IMG/VR virus record: IMGVR_UViG_3300028175_000001 | Direction: 5' to 3' (one strand) | From: a virus | Lineage: Duplodnaviria; Caudoviricetes | Length of the DNA: 64,000 bases | Position numbers and translations under genes: made by a program | In this document: in pieces, positions 28,224-38,686 of the stretch | How the letters are laid out: each line of letters starts with the position of its first letter | Position numbering within the stretch: position 1 is the stretch's first letter | The notes under the pieces: model-generated | What the model was told of the DNA's origin: nothing | Seen by the model: the letters and a program-made list of their open reading frames with translations, nothing else | The model's database searches: none

Positions 28224-30206
28224 TTATGCCTCTCCGTCTTTGTGTTGAAGATATTTTTTATCTAAAGGCGTGGCAAGTCTACTAGTTACTTTTATCTTGT
28301 CTTTATGGTCCCTAAATGATTTTTTTGCTTTTATTTTTGCAGAAGCAACATTTCCTGCTTTTACATATCTGCCCTGAGGAGTGTCTATAACTACATCTGC
28401 TTCACTAATAGCCAACCATTTTTTAAATGCCTGATCTGTGTCCATTTCTTCCTTTATTCTGTGTTTAGAATTAACTTGATTCCATAAGTCTTCATCCGCG
28501 ATTAATCTGGTTTTGCCGCCAGTTAAAAACGAATTAACTCTTGACTCTGCCCATTCTTGAGAAGTAGTTCCTGGTTTATGACCAGTTTTCCACGAACTAA
28601 CTCCACGATCATACACTTTTTCTAAAATTTTAAATGAAATGCCTGATTGTTCTGCTTTCCTTTTTAAATTTTCTTCTATAGTGAACTGTGCTTTAGCCTC
28701 ACTTATATTTACAATATGTCCCATTTCATCAATTATAATTTCTTCATTATATCCTGGATGACTGGACTTCATCATTTTCTTTTTCTTTTCTTGTTGTTTA
28801 TTTGCCCACATTTTATGAATCGTTGCTCTAGACGGTCCTTTTTTCAAATTAGCATATGGATTTTCCACTCCTTCAAATTTATTCAGAGGCACACCATGAT
28901 CCTGATGCATAATTAGTCTTGCATTCATAGAAATAAAAGGAATATCTGCTTTAACAAGTTGTGTCAATGCATCTTTATTTTTTGCAAGTTGTCTTACTAT
29001 TTTCTCTAATTCTACATTTCTACCCAAACTAATTCTTTTCCCTCTCCACGGCTCATATTGCTGTTTCAGTTTATCTATCATTTTATTCGAAAATTTTTCC
29101 TCATCAATTATATCTTCTCCCACAACATCAGGAGTTTTTCCTTTATAATAAACATTTCCCTTTAAAGCCTTATGTGCTTTTTTTACATGTTTTTTATGAA
29201 CATTAACTTTTCCATCTTTAAACTCTCCCTTTACTCCTGCATCATCTAAAGCCATTTTTACTTGTAATCCAGTACCCTCTGGCAATCCATGTTTATTATG
29301 TTGCGCCCAAGCAAACGCATATGCTTTATCCGCACCCACTTTCTTTTTTAATGTTTTTACTTGTATTTCTCTTCCAGGGGGGGCTTCTTCATCAGGGCCA
29401 TATCCTTTAGGGGTTTTATCTACTATGCTAACGCCCCAATCTTTTTCTCTTTGTTTTTTTACATCTGCCACTTTTTTAAATAATTTATGTAAATGAGCTT
29501 TCTTGTCTGCTGGTGTTTTGGGAAATTCTCTACCTTCTTTTATTTTATGTGCGGGTACTTTTTCAGGGCGAAGTGCTTCTTTCAAATTAATTTGTTCCGT
29601 TTTTATGGTTTCAAGTTTCATAGCCTTCCTAATTTCGTTATACATAGACTTTGTATCTTTAGCAGATAATTTCGTACCTTTTTTAAAACTATCAATGTCT
29701 CCAGAAACTGCAAACTCTCTTAATTTTGATGCAGACATTCCAGCGGCACCTTCAGCATCGGGATCACGGTCTCCTGAACTTACAAAATCAATATCTGTAA
29801 AATCATAAAATCCATGAGCTTTTCCTTCTACTCCATTATATTGTGATATCCATTTTGAAAATTTACTTAGTCTATCACTACCAACAACAAATACAAGTTT
29901 TTTAAATCCTTTAGAATACAAATCAGATAATGCTTCAAAAACTGTAGGTTTAACATCAATATGAATATGTGGACCTATCGTTTTTTCAACATAATAAAGT
30001 TTTCTTTCTGGACCCAAAGGATCCTTTTTAGCATTCTGAGTAGGAGACAAGCAAATATAAGGTTCTGCTTTATGCTTTCTTGCCTCTGATAAAATCTTTT
30101 TTGCAAGTTTAACATGACCTATAGAAGGAGGATTCATTCTCCCAAAAGTTGCAATTGCCGTCTTTTCTTGCTTTGTTTCTACTAAAAACTTTTTATAAAT
30201 CTTCAT
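28224..30206 (-). CDS. HIGH-motif nucleotidyltransferase (cytidyltransferase/NMNAT-like) fused to a string of small modules
   Basis: FGRMNPPSIGH, VVGSDR, GMSASKLR; starts MKIYKKFLVE; C-terminal VYDRG..SWKTGHKPG..WAESRVNSF module. Confidence 0.8.
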   Translation of the reverse strand: MKIYKKFLVETKQEKTAIATFGRMNPPSIGHVKLAKKILSEARKHKAEPYICLSPTQNAKKDPLGPERKLYYVEKTIGPHIHIDVKPTVFEALSDLYSKGFKKLVFVVGSDRLSKFSKWISQYNGVEGKAHGFYDFTDIDFVSSGDRDPDAEGAAGMSASKLREFAVSGDIDSFKKGTKLSAKDTKSMYNEIRKAMKLETIKTEQINLKEALRPEKVPAHKIKEGREFPKTPADKKAHLHKLFKKVADVKKQREKDWGVSIVDKTPKGYGPDEEAPPGREIQVKTLKKKVGADKAYAFAWAQHNKHGLPEGTGLQVKMALDDAGVKGEFKDGKVNVHKKHVKKAHKALKGNVYYKGKTPDVVGEDIIDEEKFSNKMIDKLKQQYEPWRGKRISLGRNVELEKIVRQLAKNKDALTQLVKADIPFISMNARLIMHQDHGVPLNKFEGVENPYANLKKGPSRATIHKMWANKQQEKKKKMMKSSHPGYNEEIIIDEMGHIVNISEAKAQFTIEENLKRKAEQSGISFKILEKVYDRGVSSWKTGHKPGTTSQEWAESRVNSFLTGGKTRLIADEDLWNQVNSKHRIKEEMDTDQAFKKWLAISEADVVIDTPQGRYVKAGNVASAKIKAKKSFRDHKDKIKVTSRLATPLDKKYLQHKDGEA

Positions 30207-30214
30207 AGAATTAT

Positions 30215-30628
30215 TTATTCAAATGAAGATGGTACTTCTATTAATTCTTTATCAGCAGTCACATAATATTCTATGCCTTCATGAACAATTATTGTATGAG
30301 TTGATCTAAAAGTATCTTCTTTAATTTTTTCTTTATTTTTTTTGCTCTTTTTAACAGTTTGCAATATCTTTTGATACACAACCTTGTCCCCCATAATTAG
30401 ACCAAGGAGCTTATCAAAAATCCGTATAATCATCATTCTTTGTTTTGGATTTGGCTTTTTATCGGCTTCTAAATCTTGCATTGTTTTAAGAAACAGTGCA
30501 TATTCATCTTGATTAATTAAACCTTCTCTTGCTAATCTTTTTAATCGAGCATCAACATCTTCAGTCAATACTATTTTCATATAAGATTCGCCTAATTTGT
30601 TTAAGAGATTTTGTTCTGATACTTCCAT
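30215..30628 (-). CDS. Hypothetical protein
   Basis: ORF track; overlaps the upstream gene stop. Confidence 0.6.
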   Translation of the reverse strand: MEVSEQNLLNKLGESYMKIVLTEDVDARLKRLAREGLINQDEYALFLKTMQDLEADKKPNPKQRMMIIRIFDKLLGLIMGDKVVYQKILQTVKKSKKNKEKIKEDTFRSTHTIIVHEGIEYYVTADKELIEVPSSFE

Positions 30629-31863
30629 TATGCTTTACTCCCAAATGTTTTTGGTGCTAAAAAATTTTGTCTTGAAAATTCTAATCTATCTATTAGTTTT
30701 ATTGCTCCATCAGCAATTGTAACTGCAACAAATCCTTCCGGATTCGTAATTTCAAACCCATTATCGGTTTGAATAAATGTTTTTGTCATGGGCTGAATAT
30801 CTTGTAATTTTTTAATTATTATCATTTTAGCGGCTATAAGAACATTTTGCATTTGAAACATGTTTTTCAAAGCATTTTTATTTTCTGTAAAAAATTTTAA
30901 AATGTCTTCATTTTTTTTACGTCTATTTTCTTTGCCCTTTTCTGATTTTAATTTATCAACCTCGTTAGTTAATTTATGTTGTAAATATTTAATCAATCCA
31001 ATAACATGTGCATTAACATTTCCAATGGGTTTACCCTGCCGTATTTTAAAATTAGCAAATGCTTTAATTTGCGTATTTAAATATTTATCATCTCTTATAC
31101 CGTCAAGTAACTTCTTATCAAGAGTTCTAAATAACTTACCAGCCAGTGAAAGCACACTGAAAAATGAATCAGTTTCTTCTTTAGTAAAAGATGCTATTCC
31201 GTCCATTTTTTCATATTCAGCATCTTTAAACCACACACTTGATGTTTGTTTAAAATTATCAACATTTACATCAAATGTAGCATTCATTTGATTTACTACT
31301 TCACCAGTATATTTTGTATGCCAAACAATGCCTAATTTTGAAGCATTTATTTTTTTCCCTAATTCACTTTTTAATTTAATCGCATATGTTATAGTGTTTG
31401 GAGTAAAAACAATATGCGATTCTCCATCTATAGATTGTATCGTTGTAGGTTTTTGTGGACTGTATAATAAATCCCCTTGATAAACGCCATCCATTCCAAT
31501 ATCTTTAAGATATCTCAAAGAATCTTTTAAAACTTCCTGTAACCCACCCTCGTGATTATTTTCAATGTCTTCATTTGAAAAATTTAATTTGGGTACTTTT
31601 GAAAATGCACCATGCTTAGTGGCTACAAAAAATTTTTCAGTTTCAGGATCGATTCCGGCCACAACTGCAGGAGCCCCATCCCATTTAGTTGTTATTTTAA
31701 TTTGTTTAGAAGAATCCCCTTTTAGTGTTGATCCTAATGAACTTAAATATGTGATTGCTTTTTTTACACCATCAAATCCACCGTTTAAAACTTCATCTTC
31801 TAAATGTTCAAGGTGCTTATTAGCACCCTGAGATTCTAATAAAAATTCTTTAAATAAAAGCAT
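30628..31863 (-). CDS. Ligase-like covalent nucleotidyltransferase-fold protein (DUF6267-like from memory)
   Basis: Motif I TKWDG, motif IV EGFVAV, motif V IKL; starts MLLFKEFLLE. Confidence 0.65.
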   Translation of the reverse strand: MLLFKEFLLESQGANKHLEHLEDEVLNGGFDGVKKAITYLSSLGSTLKGDSSKQIKITTKWDGAPAVVAGIDPETEKFFVATKHGAFSKVPKLNFSNEDIENNHEGGLQEVLKDSLRYLKDIGMDGVYQGDLLYSPQKPTTIQSIDGESHIVFTPNTITYAIKLKSELGKKINASKLGIVWHTKYTGEVVNQMNATFDVNVDNFKQTSSVWFKDAEYEKMDGIASFTKEETDSFFSVLSLAGKLFRTLDKKLLDGIRDDKYLNTQIKAFANFKIRQGKPIGNVNAHVIGLIKYLQHKLTNEVDKLKSEKGKENRRKKNEDILKFFTENKNALKNMFQMQNVLIAAKMIIIKKLQDIQPMTKTFIQTDNGFEITNPEGFVAVTIADGAIKLIDRLEFSRQNFLAPKTFGSKA

Positions 31864-31934
31864 GATCCTTTATAATATCCAATATAAACATTAATAGTAT
31901 TAACTATTTATTATATTATCTAATTGAGGATTAT

Positions 31935-32654
31935 TTAAAGAGAAGACAGTGTTGACTCATTTGTCCAGCTATTCGCCAATGAATTGTGAGCAAATGCTCT
32001 ATTACATTTGTCTAGAAGGCCCGGAATATTATAAATCAGTTTTGACAATGCTATTACAGATTTTGGAAAACCTATATTGTTTGCCAAAACACATATCCAA
32101 GTAATCTTTCCATAATGTGGACTATGATGATTTTTCCATGATCCGTTAGTGGGATCTATTAACAATAAAGCATTTAAAACTACATCAGGATCAATTATTT
32201 CGTTTGTGATAACATTTGTCGAATCAACGATTGTTTCTATGATTTCAACACGTACTTTTTGTTCAGTGCATCCTTTAAGACATTCACCTGTTTTAGTGTC
32301 TTGAGGACAACCCATAGGATTAAGACACTCTTGAACATTTTTTACGCCTTCTGTAATAACTGTTTTACTCTCCCATTCTGGCGTTGGAAGATCAGAAATA
32401 ATTTCAGTAACCTTTACCTTAGGAATTACTGCTTTTACAATTACAGGTTTGAAAAGTTGTAATCTTACTTCTTCATTTTCTTGACTAATTACAACCATTT
32501 TTTTACCGCCAAGAGTTATGACAGTACCAAATGGCAGTCCTACTTTTTCACTAATTTTATTAACAGGGGTTGTCGCCACAACTGGATAGGGGGCGCAGGA
32601 ACTTGAAAATATTGTTACTACGAATGACAATATTATCAGCATAAATTTATACAT
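31935..32654 (-). CDS. Putative lipoprotein
   Basis: MYKFMLIILSFVVTIFSSSC lipobox; own sigma70 promoter. Confidence 0.6.
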   Translation of the reverse strand: MYKFMLIILSFVVTIFSSSCAPYPVVATTPVNKISEKVGLPFGTVITLGGKKMVVISQENEEVRLQLFKPVIVKAVIPKVKVTEIISDLPTPEWESKTVITEGVKNVQECLNPMGCPQDTKTGECLKGCTEQKVRVEIIETIVDSTNVITNEIIDPDVVLNALLLIDPTNGSWKNHHSPHYGKITWICVLANNIGFPKSVIALSKLIYNIPGLLDKCNRAFAHNSLANSWTNESTLSSL

Positions 32655-32714
32655 ATTACCTCATTTATTTGAGATTAACAAAAAGAGCCAATATAGCTCC
32701 ACCATTACACTTAT

Positions 32715-32743
32715 ATTATCTCAAATATAGGAAGGAGAGTCAA
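32715..32743 (-). promoter_or_regulatory. Sigma70-type early promoter
   Basis: TTGACT-17bp-GATAAT with ATTTGA (TGn) before the -10. Confidence 0.7.
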
Positions 32744-32744
32744 G

Positions 32745-34193
32745 CTAATTAAAGGTAAATTCCGAAAAATCTTTCTTTTTTTTCTTTTTTCTATCGTTTA
32801 TTTCAACATCAAATACTGGGGGAGCATCATCTTTTTTAACCCAAGAATCTTTCTTTTTGTTTGGTGCATTTCTTGAAACAAGATCACTTTGAGCAGATTC
32901 TTCAAGATCATACAATTTCATTTTTGCTCTATCAATTCCAATCACAAATCTTTTATGTCTGCCAGGGTCACTATAACGATTTTTCAACTGTTTAATTAAA
33001 ATTTGATCGAGTTCTTCCAATTCTTCTGTACTAATCAAAGCAAACATAAAATCCGCAGTTGCTGGCAATCCAAATGATTCAGAAGTATCTTCAAGACCAA
33101 AATCCGTATCCGTAAATCCTGATCTAGTTGTTTGTGTAGCAGAACAGATAGGAAGATTATTTTCAACTGCAAGACCACGAAGTTCCTCTGCAATCGATTT
33201 AACATAATTATACGAATTTACAGAATTACCATACTTCATTCTTGCTGAAGACATAATATTTAAATAATCTACAAATATAATCTCAGGAACAAATTTTCTT
33301 TTTAATTTTAATTCATTCAATAAATTTTTAAAATGGTTTACATTTGCAGAAGCGGGCGGGTATTCCTTGACAATCAATCTACCTGCTGTCGTCTTTTTAA
33401 CCTTTTTCATTTTTTTATCAAACACATCTTTAGGAATATCATGTAAATCATCTATCGTAATATTCATTAAATTGGCATCAATTCTTTCCGCAATTTTTTC
33501 TTCTGCCATTTCAAGAGTAATATATAAAACATTTAAACCCTGAGATATTGAAGCGGCCGCATGATGACACATGAATAACGATTTTCCTACACCTACACCA
33601 GCAAGTGTAATATTCAAGGTTTTTTTAGATAATCCACCATTGGTTATTTTATTGAAATAATCTAAATCAAACCTTACTTTTTCTTCAACCCTATGATAAC
33701 TTTCAAATCGTTCATCCGAGTCTTCAATATAGTCATGACCGATATTAGGATCAAAACAAATTGCAAGAGCATCAGATAAAATTTGGGGTATTACTCCTTT
33801 GTCCTGTTCTGTATCTTTTTGATTATCAATGATATTAATTGATTCAAATACTGCATTATAGATTGCTTTGTCTTGACAAAATTTTTCAGTAGTTTCAAGT
33901 AACCAAGCAGTTTCGGTGTTTTCTTTACTATTGAAAAATTCCGCAACTTTTTTAGAAACAATATCAAATTGTTGTTCAGAAATACTTGTATTATTTCCAA
34001 TCTCTATAATTAGGGCTTCTTGAGTAGGAAGAACATTAAACGCATTTACATATTTTTCTATTTCATTAAAAAGATATCGGTCATTATGTTCTGAAAAATA
34101 TTCTGTTTTTATATATGGTAAAGCTTTTCTGGTATATTCATCATTGAATATCAGGTTCTTCAATATCGTGTCCTCGATCCTCATCATTTCCAT
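32745..34193 (-). CDS. 41: Replicative DnaB-like helicase (gp41)
   Basis: AGVGVGKS Walker A, IFVDYL Walker B, SATQTTRSG, LKNRY. Confidence 0.95.
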   Translation of the reverse strand: MEMMRIEDTILKNLIFNDEYTRKALPYIKTEYFSEHNDRYLFNEIEKYVNAFNVLPTQEALIIEIGNNTSISEQQFDIVSKKVAEFFNSKENTETAWLLETTEKFCQDKAIYNAVFESINIIDNQKDTEQDKGVIPQILSDALAICFDPNIGHDYIEDSDERFESYHRVEEKVRFDLDYFNKITNGGLSKKTLNITLAGVGVGKSLFMCHHAAASISQGLNVLYITLEMAEEKIAERIDANLMNITIDDLHDIPKDVFDKKMKKVKKTTAGRLIVKEYPPASANVNHFKNLLNELKLKRKFVPEIIFVDYLNIMSSARMKYGNSVNSYNYVKSIAEELRGLAVENNLPICSATQTTRSGFTDTDFGLEDTSESFGLPATADFMFALISTEELEELDQILIKQLKNRYSDPGRHKRFVIGIDRAKMKLYDLEESAQSDLVSRNAPNKKKDSWVKKDDAPPVFDVEINDRKKKKKKDFSEFTFN

Positions 34194-34488
34194 GTGTATC
34201 TAAATCTATATTTTCTTGAATTACTTCTATTAAAATTTCACCTATTAATTTTTCAAATTCTATACCTTCAGTATCAGCGTATGATTTTTTTCTAATATCT
34301 TCAGGTATTTCTAGTATATCATATTCGAACCGATATTTCAACTCTTCAGCATCTTTCTCTGGGTCTATTAAACCGAATCGATTATACTTATAAATTACAT
34401 TTTTAAATTTACCCGTAGTGATAACAAAAGCGAATTGGTCATCCTCATCATTCTGAGGATTTTTCACCAGTTTGTACCACTTCTTCAT
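34141..34488 (-). CDS. Hypothetical protein in the gp40 position (between uvsX and 41)
   Basis: Synteny; start trimmed to MKKWY. Confidence 0.55.
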   Translation of the reverse strand: MKKWYKLVKNPQNDEDDQFAFVITTGKFKNVIYKYNRFGLIDPEKDAEELKYRFEYDILEIPEDIRKKSYADTEGIEFEKLIGEILIEVIQENIDLDTHGNDEDRGHDIEEPDIQ

Positions 34489-35500
34489 CGACTGTTGTTC
34501 CATATAAAAATTTCTCCTGACAAAATTTATCTATTTTTAACATTATTTCTTCAGTAAAATGTTTTTCAGGATCTTGCATGATCTGTTTACCGAATAATTT
34601 TATACCACTTGGAAGCTCATATCTCGTTGATACTTTGATGAAAATACCAGCTTCTTCAGCAAGCTCTAACATACCATGCCAACGATCTAATCCCTTATTA
34701 TAAGTAACTAATGCATCAACCATTCTATTTTCCACAGTCAGTCTAGACTTGTGATTTTTACAATGAATGATGTTTCCGATTACTTCGGTACCACTTTTTT
34801 CTTTTCTTTTTGAAAGAAACACAATATTACTTGAAGCATAATATAGACCCGTACCACCCCCCATAATTTGTTGGGGAAACATCACACCGATTTGACTATA
34901 TGTGTGATTTGTAATCAATACAGGAACCTTTGCTTTACTTGCTTTAAGGGTCAACACTCTAAATGCTCCCTTTACAAGTGCGGCTCTTGTCATATCTTTC
35001 GTCTCTTTACCATCAGTAATATCACCAACCTCTTTTGAAGTAGATAACATACCAAGACTATCAAGACATATCATCAAAGGCACTCTATCTGCACTAGCAA
35101 GATGTTTATCAAGAATTGTTGTGACTTGATGAGCAAACTCTTGAATCGTCGCAACTGGTAACATGACCATACGAGAAGTATCTATTTTTCGCTGTTCTAT
35201 CATTTGTTTAGTTATAGCGGATTCGGATTCAAAATAAAGAACTCCTCCCGTAGGATTGTCTTCTAAAAATTGCTTGACAATTCCGAGGACAAAGAAAGTT
35301 TTTCCGGTTGCACTTTCTCCAGCAAATGCTGTGATTTTATTTGAAGCCAACCCCCCGTATATAGTTCCACTAAGTAAAGCATTAAAAGCATAACTGCCAG
35401 TGTCAATGAAAGTTTCAACATCTCCTGCTTCAATTCCGTCAGACACAAATCCAGCATATTCATTACCTATTTCCTTAAGTACTTCTTTCAAAAAACCCAT
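34448..35500 (-). CDS. uvsX: RecA-like recombinase UvsX
   Basis: [31 protein letters not shown]. Confidence 0.95.
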   Translation of the reverse strand: MGFLKEVLKEIGNEYAGFVSDGIEAGDVETFIDTGSYAFNALLSGTIYGGLASNKITAFAGESATGKTFFVLGIVKQFLEDNPTGGVLYFESESAITKQMIEQRKIDTSRMVMLPVATIQEFAHQVTTILDKHLASADRVPLMICLDSLGMLSTSKEVGDITDGKETKDMTRAALVKGAFRVLTLKASKAKVPVLITNHTYSQIGVMFPQQIMGGGTGLYYASSNIVFLSKRKEKSGTEVIGNIIHCKNHKSRLTVENRMVDALVTYNKGLDRWHGMLELAEEAGIFIKVSTRYELPSGIKLFGKQIMQDPEKHFTEEIMLKIDKFCQEKFLYGTTVDEEVVQTGEKSSE

Positions 35501-35509
35501 TTCGTCTCC

Positions 35510-38023
35510 TTAAATAAAAAAATCTTCGATTGTACTTGTTTTTTCATGTTCCCACCCAACGCATTTTAATATTGCTTTTAATGGTTCTAAAAAAGATTTT
35601 TCAAATTGCATTTTATAGTTTATATATTGGTGTAATCCAAACTCGGGGGGTAAGATTGTTCCCATACTAATTACAGTATCTCCTACGGGGTTTGGTTCTT
35701 TAAGATAAGAAAATTTAATCTTTTCTCCCTCCTGAATGATTTGATATTTCTTTGTAAGTTTATGTTCTTTTAATAACTTATTGTGTATAATCGTTCCCTT
35801 TACATGTATAGGAGTACCTTTTTTATACGATAATACACTATCACGATATTTCTCAATTCCTCTTACAGACCTGGGAAATGCAATATCTTCTGGAGAAAGC
35901 AAGTCAAATGATTCTTTAAATTCTTCAATAAATTCTTGCATTTGATGTTCAGAGCCATTCATAAGAATATCGAAAGATTGTTTTAATTTATCCCTACAAA
36001 CTGCGGGAGTCGAAGATTTAACTGATTCTAGTCCCATTACTTTTATTTTGGGTTTAGCATATTGTACTCCTTCACTATTATGAACGTTCATGATATAATG
36101 CTTCTTACCGGTCCAAACTGCTTTGTCTGCAAGAACTTCTCTAGACATATTCATTTTTTGTTCAAATGCATTCATATATACATGCAGTTTATTAAATGAA
36201 TCATTTATACAATCTTGTATTTTTGTATCACATACTTTATCTAAAAATTTAATAATTTTTTCTTTATTGGTTGTATCAGTAAAAACAGTTTTAACTAAAT
36301 CATCTAAACAAATATAAATCGAATCTGTATCGGCGGCTATAATATAATCTTTATTTTTTGTTTTTAGAAGAGCGTTCAAATAAAGATTAACGTCATTTTG
36401 AACCCACCTAATAGAAAGTTGTCCACCAGTTGTGATAGCCGTTGCCTGTCTTTCATCATAAAATCTAAAATATTGATTACCCAAAGCACCATAAGCAGAA
36501 TTGAGTTGAATTTTTCTCGCCATCTGCATGTTATTTAATCTTGAAACCTCTTTTATTAAACGTTTTTTTTCTGTTTCATTTTTTTCATTTTCAAGTAATT
36601 GTGATGTTTCAAGCATATCAGTTTTGAATTTCTTTCTTTCAGCATACATTCTCTCCATCATTTCTGGTAAAAATCCTTGATGATCTCTTGTAAAATGAAA
36701 CCCATTAGCTCCTAAACATACATTTTCAGCATTAGCATAATCTGTATCAATTTCTTGGTCTAACAGGTTATCAATTGATAATGATTTTTGAGGAAGTTTT
36801 GTGAGTAATGTTTCTGGAGAAATATTATATTGCATAATTAAATGAGGATATAAACTGTCTAAATCAAAACTAGCAACCCATTCATACATTCCTGGAACGG
36901 GTTCTTTCACATAAGCACCTATATATGGGTCATCTTTTATTGAATTTTTTTTAGGAGGAAGCTGGATGCCTTTATTTCGTAATTCATTATAAATCAACGT
37001 ATCCCACATTCTAACTTGAGTATAAACATCTGTATAGTTCACCTTAGCATCATACGCTAATACAGTAGCCATTTCGATTAGTTTCATTTTATCTTCTAAT
37101 CGGTTCACAAGTTCTACGTCTTTTATATTATATTCTATAAATTTCTGATAGTCTTCTTTCCAAAGATTGTGTAATGAACCATATTCAGAATAGTCTAATT
37201 TTCGTTCATTTAATTCAACATGAGCAATATGATCTAATCTATATGATTCTTGATTTTTATAAGTAAATTTTCGATATAGGTCTAAATAATCAAGAATACC
37301 AACTCCCATAATCTCATATGATTGCTGGGGTTTTGCTCCTCCAAAACCCATTACTGTTCTTTCGCTCACAAAATGCCAAGGAGATAAATCAGAATAAAAA
37401 GATTTATCAAATAATAAATCCATTCTATTCACGAGATATGGTATATCAAAAAATTTAACATTCCAACCAGTAATAATATCTATATCTTGATTAGACCAAA
37501 AAGACATAAATTCGTGAAGCAAATGCACTTCGTTTTTACAATCAAAATATTTAATATCATTTCTATGTACTTTATATTCCCCATAACCAAAAACATAATA
37601 TGTTCCCTTAAAAGAAACAGTAATTGCAGTGACGGGTTCTTGAGCAATTTCAGGATTGGGAAATCCATTTTCTGAACCAGTTTCTATATCAATGTTAGCA
37701 ATTGTTATTTTATTTAAATCGTATTCTACTTGATTGGGAAAATTGTCTGCAATAAAAGTATAATGATAATTGGTATTTCCAAAAATTTGAAAATTATCTA
37801 TACCTTCATATTTTTTTATAAAATTTCTGGCTTCGTTAATACTGCCGCAGTCAATAGGAGCAAGATAATTGCCATCAAGAGTTTTATATTTTGTGGGTTT
37901 TGGAGAGTTAATGAATAGAGCTGGATTATAATCTATTTTTTCTTTGAAATGAGTTCCAGTAGAATCTATTCCTCTACAATAGATTTTACCGCCCCAATTT
38001 TGAACATTTGTATAAAAAGCCAT
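35510..38023 (-). CDS. 43: Family B DNA polymerase (gp43)
   Basis: DIET exonuclease motif, FDLDSLYP, KIQLNSAYG, DTDS. Confidence 0.97.
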   Translation of the reverse strand: MAFYTNVQNWGGKIYCRGIDSTGTHFKEKIDYNPALFINSPKPTKYKTLDGNYLAPIDCGSINEARNFIKKYEGIDNFQIFGNTNYHYTFIADNFPNQVEYDLNKITIANIDIETGSENGFPNPEIAQEPVTAITVSFKGTYYVFGYGEYKVHRNDIKYFDCKNEVHLLHEFMSFWSNQDIDIITGWNVKFFDIPYLVNRMDLLFDKSFYSDLSPWHFVSERTVMGFGGAKPQQSYEIMGVGILDYLDLYRKFTYKNQESYRLDHIAHVELNERKLDYSEYGSLHNLWKEDYQKFIEYNIKDVELVNRLEDKMKLIEMATVLAYDAKVNYTDVYTQVRMWDTLIYNELRNKGIQLPPKKNSIKDDPYIGAYVKEPVPGMYEWVASFDLDSLYPHLIMQYNISPETLLTKLPQKSLSIDNLLDQEIDTDYANAENVCLGANGFHFTRDHQGFLPEMMERMYAERKKFKTDMLETSQLLENEKNETEKKRLIKEVSRLNNMQMARKIQLNSAYGALGNQYFRFYDERQATAITTGGQLSIRWVQNDVNLYLNALLKTKNKDYIIAADTDSIYICLDDLVKTVFTDTTNKEKIIKFLDKVCDTKIQDCINDSFNKLHVYMNAFEQKMNMSREVLADKAVWTGKKHYIMNVHNSEGVQYAKPKIKVMGLESVKSSTPAVCRDKLKQSFDILMNGSEHQMQEFIEEFKESFDLLSPEDIAFPRSVRGIEKYRDSVLSYKKGTPIHVKGTIIHNKLLKEHKLTKKYQIIQEGEKIKFSYLKEPNPVGDTVISMGTILPPEFGLHQYINYKMQFEKSFLEPLKAILKCVGWEHEKTSTIEDFFI

Positions 38024-38060
38024 TTGGTGAATTTATAATATCAAGGTTTTGAATATCTTA

Positions 38061-38089
38061 ATAATAACACATTATACTATATTTGTCAA
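38061..38089 (-). promoter_or_regulatory. Sigma70-type promoter for DNA polymerase
   Basis: TTGACA-17bp-TATTAT. Confidence 0.6.
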
Positions 38090-38159
38090 CCCATGCATTC
38101 TACTTACAAAAACAAAATAATATTTCCGAAAAAACAATTTTGATTTAACAAATAAAATT

Positions 38160-38624
38160 TTATGGTTTCCAAGGCAAATATTTACCTTTTGTGTATTTAT
38201 TAATTATTAAAGCGGTTTTGCGATTAGTTCCATCATTTTTATAAGAACAATGAATCCAACCACTATTGGGATCACCTTTTGGATCATAATATTCTAAAAT
38301 TATTTGATCAAAATCTAAATTTTTATAAATCCATGTTGCAACTTCTGCATTAGATATGCTATTAATTTCAAAATCTGCGGCCTGACCTCTTGCGTGTTGA
38401 GATTTTCTAGAACTTCCTATTGCTTCACATAATTTAATTGATCTATATCCAGAATTAATTTTTACTGATTTCCCAAAATGTTCTCTTATGGGTTGCAAAA
38501 TATGATTGCATAAATTTGCTAGATTTATTATTTGTTCTTCACTGGGATCATTATCTATATTTTTTCTAATTGCTGTATCAGAAAAAGTCATTTCTTTAAA
38601 TGAAAAATTTTTGGTGAATATCAT
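38160..38624 (-). CDS. Peptidase M15 endolysin
   Basis: INSGYRS, SQHARGQAADF, GWIHCS zinc ligands. Confidence 0.9.
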   Translation of the reverse strand: MIFTKNFSFKEMTFSDTAIRKNIDNDPSEEQIINLANLCNHILQPIREHFGKSVKINSGYRSIKLCEAIGSSRKSQHARGQAADFEINSISNAEVATWIYKNLDFDQIILEYYDPKGDPNSGWIHCSYKNDGTNRKTALIINKYTKGKYLPWKP

Positions 38625-38632
38625 TTTATCCT

Positions 38633-38662
38633 AAAAAATGGAGGCCATATGGCCTCCATTTT
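38633..38662 (-). terminator. Intrinsic terminator after Hsp20
   Basis: AAAATGGAGGCC-atat-GGCCTCCATTTT followed by T run. Confidence 0.9.
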
Positions 38663-38686
38663 ATCATTAACTGAGTTGTATTTGAT

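Noticed and set aside
13031-38023. Introns or inteins in nrdJ, thyX, gp41, uvsX or gp43
   Set aside because: All ORFs are continuous and of normal length, with no intein or homing-endonuclease motifs.
38071-38085. NrdR box in promoter regions (also 39270..39280)
   Set aside because: The core is one base short of the CwAtATaTwG palindrome and is better explained as AT-rich promoter spacer.
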